From Opitutales bacterium (GTDB taxonomy: Bacteria > Verrucomicrobiota > Verrucomicrobiia > Opitutales > Coraliomargaritaceae): a DNA stretch of 14,537 nucleotides. Shown here one piece after another: positions 1 to 6,809 of this stretch; position 1 is the stretch's first letter, and every line of letters begins with the position of its first letter. Location of the stretch: NCBI GenBank assembly GCA_049598495.1, contig JBMYNR010000040.1:1-14537 (forward strand), written 5' to 3'. The notes under the pieces were generated by a model. It saw only the letters and a program-made list of their open reading frames with translations, had not been told where the DNA came from and did not search any database. Position numbers and translations under genes: made by a program.

Positions 1-210
1 CACGGCTCGCGCCTTGCCAAAGCCAATTATGGATCTCATGCAATAAGCGGGCTAGAGGCTTAAAAAGGTTTGGTGCGGTCGGGCAATTTCACTCCTCCGA
101 GCTTGCCCACCTCGTCCAGGACAGACCTTTTTCGACCTGGCATAAAGTGCGGCGACGGCGGACATACCGGAATGGCCTCGCCTTGCTCAAAAAACGAACC
201 TTCACTTGTA

Positions 211-240
211 TTTGCTGATACCGTTAGCTGTATCAGTAAA
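211..240. promoter_or_regulatory. Imperfect palindrome, candidate operator upstream of the DMT transporter
   Basis: TTTGCTGATAC-N8-GTATCAGTAAA: 11-bp arms with one mismatch, ending 26 nt before the ATG at 267. Confidence 0.35.
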
Positions 241-266
241 TTCGTCTGCTGACGCTCGCCATTAAC

Positions 267-1133
267 ATGCACTACCTCGCCATTGTTTCGATTATTTGGG
301 CCTTCTCCTTTGGGTTGATCGGCAATGCACTTCGAGACGTGGACCCGATCTTCGTCGCCACTGTGCGCCTCGGCATAGCGGGCTTGGTCTTTCTACCATT
401 TTTACGCATCCCCGAAATCCCCAAAGGCAGCGCGCGCCACCTTCTGTTCTGCGGCGCCGTGCAATTCGGGGTCATGTATGTGAGTTACATCCAGGCCTTC
501 CAATACCTACCCTCTCATCTGGTCGCTCTCTTTTCGATTATGACACCTCTCTATGTCGTGCTAATACACGATGCAAGAACGGGGCACTTTAAAGCAAAGC
601 ATCTCGCCGCGGCATGCCTGTCCATCCTCGGGGCGGCCATCGTAAAGACCCGGCATGGAACGGTCGAATCCTTTTGGCTCGGTTTTGGGCTCATGCAGAT
701 CGCAGGCATCGCATTCGCCTTTGGTCAGGTCGATTACCGTCAATGGAAGCGAAATCACCCGACGATCAAGGATCATCACATTTTCGCCCTACTCTACGCC
801 GGTGGCTTTTCCATCGCATTGATCGCGAGTCTATTTTTCACCGACTGGCACAAGGTCGACCTAGACCCCGGACAAATCGCAATGCTCAGCTATTTGGGTG
901 TGATCGCGTCCGGACTCGGCTTTTTCCTCTGGAATAAAGGTGGCACCCTCTGTCGCGCAGGCACACTCGCGGCATTTAACAACGCAGTCGTCCCCTTGGC
1001 GATGGCTTGTTCCCTCTTCATTTTTGGCGAAATCGCTAAAATTGAGGGCGGCGATCTTCTGCGCTTACTATTCGGCTCCACATGCATTTTCACTGCCATC
1101 CTCGTTGCCGAGAAAAGCGCTAAAAAACATTAG
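267..1133 (+). CDS. yigM: EamA/DMT-family transporter, YigM (BioP)/MadN-like
   Basis: 288 aa with about 10 hydrophobic segments in two EamA-like halves. Motifs IWAFSF, R-x-GIAGLVFLPFLR, GAVQFGVMY, TPLYVVLI, LGVIASGLGFFLWNKG and AGTL...NN closely match E. coli YigM as I recall it. Substrate not established. Confidence 0.85.
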   Translation: MHYLAIVSIIWAFSFGLIGNALRDVDPIFVATVRLGIAGLVFLPFLRIPEIPKGSARHLLFCGAVQFGVMYVSYIQAFQYLPSHLVALFSIMTPLYVVLIHDARTGHFKAKHLAAACLSILGAAIVKTRHGTVESFWLGFGLMQIAGIAFAFGQVDYRQWKRNHPTIKDHHIFALLYAGGFSIALIASLFFTDWHKVDLDPGQIAMLSYLGVIASGLGFFLWNKGGTLCRAGTLAAFNNAVVPLAMACSLFIFGEIAKIEGGDLLRLLFGSTCIFTAILVAEKSAKKH

Positions 1134-1209
1134 CCCACGCTTTACAAGCTACGCTGCCACGAATTAGCTCGCTAACACCTACCAATACCAACCACCAACC
1201 ACATTCATT

Positions 1210-1683
1210 ATGGCTCTCACAATCGGCACACAAGCACCTGACTTTACCCTCAAGACCAAGAACGCCGAGGGACTTCACGATATTACACTAAGCAATAATT
1301 TTGGCAGTAAGAAAACGGTTCTCCTCTTCTTCCCTCTCGCGTTTACCAGCGTTTGTATGGAGGAAATGTGCGCCGTGAACTCCGGCTTGCAGGCCTATAA
1401 GGATTTAAACGCAGAGGTCTATGGCATCTCTGTCGATAGCCCCTTCTCTCAGGAGAAGATGGCCAGTATCGACAACCTACAGTTCCCCTTGCTCAGCGAC
1501 TTCAATAAGGATGTCTCCGAAGCCTACGAGGTTCTCTATGCCGACCTGCTTGGCTTCAAGGGTGTGTCCAAGCGCTCTGCCTTCGTCATCGATGAAACAG
1601 GCACGATTATCTACAGTGAGTCTTCGGATGACCCCAAGGTCGTCCCGAATTTCGACGCCATTCAAGCTGCGCTCAAGGGCTAG
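1210..1683 (+). CDS. Peroxiredoxin (AhpC/TSA redoxin, AhpE/BCP-like)
   Basis: APDFTL N-terminus; PxxxTxxC motif FFPLAFTSVC (Cys49) with a second Cys54; GISVDS, FPLLSD, and the catalytic Arg in KRSAFVID. Confidence 0.92.
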   Translation: MALTIGTQAPDFTLKTKNAEGLHDITLSNNFGSKKTVLLFFPLAFTSVCMEEMCAVNSGLQAYKDLNAEVYGISVDSPFSQEKMASIDNLQFPLLSDFNKDVSEAYEVLYADLLGFKGVSKRSAFVIDETGTIIYSESSDDPKVVPNFDAIQAALKG

Positions 1684-1685
1684 AG

Positions 1686-1794
1686 CGACGGATGAGCGGC
1701 TCTGGCGGCCCGAGACGCGACTCGCGTCGCATCAATACCCGCACGTAGCGAACTTGCGCAGCAAGGTCGACTAACGAGCGCATCCGGCGGTTCG
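1686..1794. repeat. Degenerate BIME-like cluster of GTAG-type REP-like hairpins
   Basis: 1714-1738 matches the reverse complement of REP variant A (8544-8571) at 22/25. 1745-1771 GTAGCGAACTTGCGCAGCAAGGTCGAC is the reverse complement of 8608-8635 with a 1-nt deletion. 1774-1794 matches the reverse complement of the linker 8585-8605 at 18/21. A more decayed linker copy lies at about 1686-1713. Confidence 0.8.
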
Positions 1795-1879
1795 AGGCGT
1801 CACGCCGTTTCGATAAAGGTATATCCTGATAATCTCATACCATCTGCCATAAAGTCTGAGTAGGTAGCAAAGACAGGGG

Positions 1880-1906
1880 CGGACGCCCTAAAGGGCGCAC
1901 TCCAAC
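1880..1906 (-). repeat. GGAG-headed REP-like hairpin
   Basis: CGGACGCCCTAAAGGGCGCACTCCAAC is the exact 27-nt reverse complement of 8731-8757; internal palindrome CGCCCT-AA-AGGGCG. Confidence 0.85.
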
Positions 1907-1975
1907 CCTTAGAGCAAGCATTTTCCGGGGCTTTTATTTTGTTGATTCAAAATTATATTTTGCTTTAACAGAATC

Positions 1976-3145
1976 ATGATCCCCCGGACAATAGCCTCAC
2001 ATACACTGGATTGCTTTACGAAATATCCTGTCGTGACCCTGACTGGCCCAAGGCAATCGGGCAAGACGACTCTAGTCCGCGAGTTGTTTCAAGAAAAGCC
2101 TTACGTGAATCTGGAACACCCCGGAACGCGTGAATTCGCCCAGAGTGATCCGGATGCATTCCTCAAGCAATTTCCAGATGGAGCAGTGATCGATGAAATC
2201 CAGCGCGTGCCTGAACTAACTTCCTACATTCAGGAAATCGTCGATGAGCAGAAGAAAAATGGTCTCTATATTCTTACAGGAAGCCATCAGTATTCGCTAC
2301 GCGAAGCTGTGAATCAGTCTCTCGCGGGGAGGACAGCTATTCTTCGCTTGCTACCATTGAGTTTACCCGAACTGGCCCAGAGTGTAAAACTACCCGAGCT
2401 CGACGAACTCCTTTGGCGGGGTCTCTATCCTCGAGTTCACACAGAATCAATCTCTCCCGATCAAGCATACAGCGACTATTTCGAGACCTACATCGAGCGT
2501 GACTTAAGGCAAATTCTACAGATTAAGGATCTTGCTCTCTTTCAACGTTTCGTTCGCCTTTGTGCCGGACGCGTCGGCCAACTCGTTAACCTGAATAGTC
2601 TGGCTAGCGATACCGGCATCACCCAACCCACCGCAAGAGAATGGCTTTCTGTCCTAGAGAGCAGCTTCGTCATTTATCGCCTATCGCCCTGGCATTCGAA
2701 TATTCCCAAGCGATATACCAAGAGTCCTAAACTCTATTTCCACGACACGGGTCTTGCCATCTGGCTCTCGGGTGTCACCGAAAGCGCACAACTCAACAAC
2801 CACCCACTAAGGGGTGCTTTCTATGAAAACCTAGTCATCTCAGAGGCACTGAAGCATTTTGAGCATCACGGCATTCATGCCCCCCTCATGTTCTTCCGCG
2901 ATCAGACTGGAAACGAAATTGACCTGCTCATCCCGCGTGGAGCCAAGCATCAGCCTGTCGAAATCAAATCCGGCCAAACCCTTAGCCCGGCCTGGCTCGA
3001 TCGGCTCAAGTGGTTCGGAAGAACTTTCTCAGAGCAGAATGCCGAACCCGCCCTACTCGTTCATCCAAGAGAAGGCATCCAGCAACGATCTGAGGCGACA
3101 ATAACAAGTCATCTGGAATTCACCGAACACTTACCTCAAAAATAG
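1976..3145 (+). CDS. AAA+ ATPase of the AAA_14 + DUF4143 type, with a C-terminal PD-(D/E)XK-like motif
   Basis: Walker A GPRQSGKT, Walker B AVIDEIQ, family motifs LTGS, LAGR, GLYP, YIERD, KSPKLYFHDTGL and GAFYENLV, and C-terminal EIDLL...VEIKSG. Confidence 0.9.
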   Translation: MIPRTIASHTLDCFTKYPVVTLTGPRQSGKTTLVRELFQEKPYVNLEHPGTREFAQSDPDAFLKQFPDGAVIDEIQRVPELTSYIQEIVDEQKKNGLYILTGSHQYSLREAVNQSLAGRTAILRLLPLSLPELAQSVKLPELDELLWRGLYPRVHTESISPDQAYSDYFETYIERDLRQILQIKDLALFQRFVRLCAGRVGQLVNLNSLASDTGITQPTAREWLSVLESSFVIYRLSPWHSNIPKRYTKSPKLYFHDTGLAIWLSGVTESAQLNNHPLRGAFYENLVISEALKHFEHHGIHAPLMFFRDQTGNEIDLLIPRGAKHQPVEIKSGQTLSPAWLDRLKWFGRTFSEQNAEPALLVHPREGIQQRSEATITSHLEFTEHLPQK

Positions 3146-3233
3146 AATCGGTTCGACCCTTGGCTTAAATACCGATCAGTCCGCCTGCCCGCATAATGAC
3201 TGCCGCTTTCGGCTAGTAAACGATACTCCGGGA

Positions 3234-3271
3234 CAGGCTTCGTCGCTGCAACAAGTTGCAGACGAAGCCTG
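3234..3271. terminator. Long GC-rich hairpin between the convergent ATPase and acnB genes
   Basis: CAGGCTTCGTCGCTGCAAC-AA-GTTGCAGACGAAGCCTG forms a 17-bp stem with a 2-nt bulge. There is no U-tract, so terminator function is uncertain. Confidence 0.4.
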
Positions 3272-3290
3272 GTGAAGCATAGGAGAGTCG
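3270..3290 (-). pseudogene. Orphan 3' fragment of a tRNA-Ala-like gene (21 nt)
   Basis: The minus strand reads CGACT CTCCT ATGCTTC A CCA: T-loop 3' part, 5-nt T-stem strand, 7-nt acceptor strand with U70, discriminator A73 and CCA, all in correct register. The 5' part of the tRNA is absent. Confidence 0.55.
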
Positions 3291-3319
3291 TTCCGGCGAG
3301 CCGAGATTCGCCGTCGGAT

Positions 3320-6094
3320 TTACCCGACGCTGAGCAGCTCACGCTGTGGCGGCACAAACTTGGTCAGCTGGATCCCCTCCACGGAGGCTTCGTATTCTTC
3401 CATGTTGGGAATACGACCCAGAATCGCGGAAAGAACCACCACAGGCGTCGAGGCAAGTAGCGACTCGCCCTTCTTACGCTCGGAATCCTCGACCACACGC
3501 CCCTGAAAGAGCCGCGTCGAAGTGGCCATGACCGTATCGCCCTTGGCTGCCTTTTCCTGGTTACCCATACAAAGGTTACATCCGGGACGCTCCAAATACA
3601 TCATGTTCTCGTATTCAGTGCGGGCCTCATTCTTCGGAGCATCGTCATCGAATTCGAAACCGGAATACTTCTGCAGCATATCCCAATCACCCTCTTCCTT
3701 TAGCTCGTCGATGATATTGTAAGTGGGGGCGGCAACCACCAAGGGAGCCTTGAATTCAACCTTACCCTGTTGTGCTTCGAGATTCTTCAGCATCCGGGAG
3801 ACAATCTTCAAGTCGCCCTTGTGCACCATACACGAGCCGACAAAGCCAAGATCCACCGACTTCTCGCCGCCGTAGTAGGAAAGCGCACGAATCGTATCAT
3901 GGGTGTATCGCTTGGAGGCTTCCTCGTTATAAACATCCGGGTCGGCAATCATCGGCTCGGCAATCTGATCCAGATCGACGACAAACTCGGCGAAATACTC
4001 AGCATTCGCATCCGGTGTCAGAGCCGGCTTTTCACCGGACCGGATTTCCGCAATCCGGGAATTCGCACGATCCACCAGCCCTTGAAGGACCTGCGCTCCG
4101 TTATCCATCCCCTTATCAATCATAATTTGGATCCGGCTCTTTGCTATCTCCAAAGACTCAATCAAAGTTTCGTCCTGAGAGATACAGATCGACGCTTTCG
4201 CCTTCATCTCCGCTGTCCAGTCAGTAAAAGTAAAGGCCTGATCCGCCGGCAAGGTCCCGATGTGGACTTCGATCACACGGCCCTGAAAAACGTTCTCCCC
4301 GAATTTCTGAAGCATTTGAGCCTGCGTTGCATGGACGACATCCCGGAAATCCATGTGATCCTTTAGGTCGCCCTTAAAGGTCACCTTGACGGACTGCGGG
4401 ATCGGCATACTCGCCTCGCCCGTTGCGAGAGCCAGCGCCACGGTACCGGAATCAGCCCCGAAGGCGACACCTTTAGACATGCGGGTATGGGAGTCGCCTC
4501 CAATGATAATGGCCCATTCATCCACAGTCAGATCATTGAGTACTTTGTGGATCACGTCGGTAAGCGGATGATAGACATCCTTCGGGTCACGGCCTGTGAT
4601 TAATCCGAACTTATGCATGAACTTCATCAGCTTCGGTATGTTGGCCTGTGCTTTCTTATCCCAAACGGAAGCAGTATGGCAACCGGACTGGTAAGCGGCA
4701 TCCACCGTAGGCGAGATAACGGTCGCGGCCATCGCCTCAAGTTCCTGAGAAGTCATTAGACCGGTGGTGTCCTGAGAGCCCACGATATTTACCTTCACCC
4801 GAACATCCGAGCCCGCATACAAGGTCACGCCTGGCTCAACACCAACCGAGTTTTTATTAAAGATCTTTTCCACGGCAGTCAGGCCTTGCCCTTGCTTGGT
4901 GATCAACTTGGATGCGGCAAACACAGGTGCCGGCGTAACCCCGAGCGTCTGCGCAGCAAAGGTCTGAAGCTTCTTGCCAAAGACGATCGCATACGACCCG
5001 CCCGCCTGAATGAACTCAAGCTTCTGCGGCGTTAAGGCCGAAGAAATATCAACCAGTTCCTCGCCGTCCTTGCATAGCTTCTTGGTCTTGGTGTTAATCG
5101 TCAGCACGGTGCCGGTGTCCACGGAGTAAGCCTGTTCGAGAACCGAATCACCATTCTCGTCAACCATCGGGTTACCCTCGGCATCCAGTTTCTTCACCCA
5201 ATTCTTAAGGTCGATTCCAATCCCGCCGGTCACATCAACCGTGGTCAAAAAGATCGGGGAGATCCCGTTGGTTCCGGCAACGATCGGAGCAATGTTCACA
5301 AAGGGCACGTAGGGGCTGGCCGGCTTACCCATCCATAGAGCCACATTATTGACACCCGACATACGAGAAGAACCTACGCCCATGGTCCCCTTCTCGGCGA
5401 TCAACATCACACGCTTCCCTGGATGCTGTGCTTGCAGACCTAGAATCTCGAGTTGCGCTTCTTCCGAAATCATACACTTGCCATGCAGTTCTCGGTCGGA
5501 GCGCGAGTGCGCTTGATTCCCCGGGGAAAGCAGGTCCGTGGAGATATCGCCCTCCGCAGCGATGTAGGTAACGACCTCAATCTCTTCCTCAACATCAGGT
5601 AGCTTGGTAAAGAACTCCGCCTTCGCATAGCTCTCGAGAATCTCTTTTGCGATCGCGTTGCCCTTCTTGAGGGCAGTTGCCAAGCGCTCGGTATCCGCCT
5701 CATAGAGGAATACCTGAGTCTTGAGCACTTCAGCAGCTTTCTCCGCGGCAGAGACATCCTCACCCAAGGCAAGATCCAGAAGCACTTCGATGGAAGGCCC
5801 CCCTTTCATATGGGACAAGAGCTCAAAAGCATAGATGGGGGATATCTCTTCAACGAGGGACTCTCCAAGGATGATCTCCTTCAAAAACTTTGCCTTCACT
5901 CCAGCCGCACTCGTCGTGCCGGGCAATGTGTTGTATATGAAGAATTGTAAGGAATCGGCCCTGAATTCGCTTCCAGTGTCCTTAATCTGCTCGATGATCT
6001 CCGCGAGCAGTTCACCGCCGTCAATCGGCTTCGGACTCAGGCCTTGGGCCCTGCGTTCTTCGATCTCTTTCGTGTAATCTAAATATGTGTTCAT
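3320..6094 (-). CDS. acnB: Aconitate hydratase B (bifunctional aconitase 2 / 2-methylisocitrate dehydratase)
   Basis: 924 aa in AcnB domain order: N-terminal helical domain, swivel domain (DISTDLLSP, GVGSSRMS), SQDTTG, GGDSHTR, and 4Fe-4S cysteines in GSCM and PGCNLCMGNQ. Confidence 0.96.
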   Translation of the reverse strand: MNTYLDYTKEIEERRAQGLSPKPIDGGELLAEIIEQIKDTGSEFRADSLQFFIYNTLPGTTSAAGVKAKFLKEIILGESLVEEISPIYAFELLSHMKGGPSIEVLLDLALGEDVSAAEKAAEVLKTQVFLYEADTERLATALKKGNAIAKEILESYAKAEFFTKLPDVEEEIEVVTYIAAEGDISTDLLSPGNQAHSRSDRELHGKCMISEEAQLEILGLQAQHPGKRVMLIAEKGTMGVGSSRMSGVNNVALWMGKPASPYVPFVNIAPIVAGTNGISPIFLTTVDVTGGIGIDLKNWVKKLDAEGNPMVDENGDSVLEQAYSVDTGTVLTINTKTKKLCKDGEELVDISSALTPQKLEFIQAGGSYAIVFGKKLQTFAAQTLGVTPAPVFAASKLITKQGQGLTAVEKIFNKNSVGVEPGVTLYAGSDVRVKVNIVGSQDTTGLMTSQELEAMAATVISPTVDAAYQSGCHTASVWDKKAQANIPKLMKFMHKFGLITGRDPKDVYHPLTDVIHKVLNDLTVDEWAIIIGGDSHTRMSKGVAFGADSGTVALALATGEASMPIPQSVKVTFKGDLKDHMDFRDVVHATQAQMLQKFGENVFQGRVIEVHIGTLPADQAFTFTDWTAEMKAKASICISQDETLIESLEIAKSRIQIMIDKGMDNGAQVLQGLVDRANSRIAEIRSGEKPALTPDANAEYFAEFVVDLDQIAEPMIADPDVYNEEASKRYTHDTIRALSYYGGEKSVDLGFVGSCMVHKGDLKIVSRMLKNLEAQQGKVEFKAPLVVAAPTYNIIDELKEEGDWDMLQKYSGFEFDDDAPKNEARTEYENMMYLERPGCNLCMGNQEKAAKGDTVMATSTRLFQGRVVEDSERKKGESLLASTPVVVLSAILGRIPNMEEYEASVEGIQLTKFVPPQRELLSVG

Positions 6095-6177
6095 AACTCC
6101 AACAATGCCGCCACAGTCTGCTGATACCCAGGTATTTCAAGAAGATTTTGTGAATTCTTTAAGCACCTCAATTGAAG

Positions 6178-6205
6178 TTGATTATTGTCTCCGCAGTGCT
6201 AACTT
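6178..6205 (+). promoter_or_regulatory. Possible sigma70-type promoter for the STAS-phosphatase genes
   Basis: TTGATT (6178-6183), 16-nt spacer with TG at 6197-6198, then TAACTT (6200-6205), in the divergent acnB/STAS intergenic region. Pattern match only. Confidence 0.25.
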
Positions 6206-6266
6206 CCATCGCTCTTTGGTTTCCAGTTTTCGTTTCATTTTCTAACCATTATCTAACACGCTCTAA

Positions 6267-6770
6267 ATGAGTGAACCACAACAACCGACATTCCTCGTCA
6301 GCGCCTACTCAGACCCCATTGTCGTGAAGGTCATCGGCAAGGCCAACTACTTGAACTGCAATGCATTCCGTGAATTTATAGAAAGGGCACTAACAAACGG
6401 AGCCCGGCGTATAGTGATCGACTTCGAGGCGTGCAAGGGGATGGACAGCACCTTCTTGGGAATTCTCGCAGGTACGGCGATTGAGCTAAGAAAGCTCTCT
6501 CCGGCCGGAGAGCTCTGCGTCGGCAATCTGAGTGAGCGCAACCAAGAGCTCATCTACAACCTTGGACTACATAATCTCCTCACCGTAACTAGCGGCAGCC
6601 AAGAACTCAGCACCTCTTTAGACCCAATTAAAGACGAAGAGGTCTCCACAGCAAAAAGCATTCTTCGGGCACATGAGGACCTCGCAAGGGCAGATAAAAG
6701 AAATGAAGCCAAATTTCAGGATGTTATCGCCTTTCTACGAAATCAGGCGGAAGATAGTGATGCGGGCTAG
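6267..6770 (+). CDS. STAS-domain anti-sigma-factor antagonist with C-terminal helical extension
   Basis: IVIDF...MDSTFLG with the phospho-acceptor Ser61 position of SpoIIAA/RsbV-like STAS domains; extension ILRAHEDL...NEAKFQDVI. Confidence 0.88.
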   Translation: MSEPQQPTFLVSAYSDPIVVKVIGKANYLNCNAFREFIERALTNGARRIVIDFEACKGMDSTFLGILAGTAIELRKLSPAGELCVGNLSERNQELIYNLGLHNLLTVTSGSQELSTSLDPIKDEEVSTAKSILRAHEDLARADKRNEAKFQDVIAFLRNQAEDSDAG

Positions 6771-6809
6771 CTTCAAACCGATTCCATTAAAGCCAAGAGA
6801 TCACTCAAA

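Noticed and set aside
1..63. Possible end of an upstream + strand gene (stop at 61-63) or start of a minus-strand gene (ATG at 39)
   Set aside because: Too short to tell apart; no recognisable motif.
60..272. Short ORFs 60..272 (-) and 70..252 (+), and a tRNA-like CCGCACCA end on the minus strand at 78-71
   Set aside because: No recognisable protein motifs; no T-loop or cloverleaf precedes the CCA.
3136..3357. 73-aa minus-strand ORF as a real gene
   Set aside because: It overlaps both neighbouring genes and runs through the hairpin and tRNA fragment. Only a 9-residue GIY-YIG-like resemblance was noted, as weak evidence.
3770..4366. 198-aa + strand ORF and the other ORFs antisense to or overlapping acnB, the phosphatase, glgP, the ATP-grasp gene and prfB
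   Set aside because: Shadow ORFs of well-supported genes in fairly GC-rich DNA, with no domain signatures.
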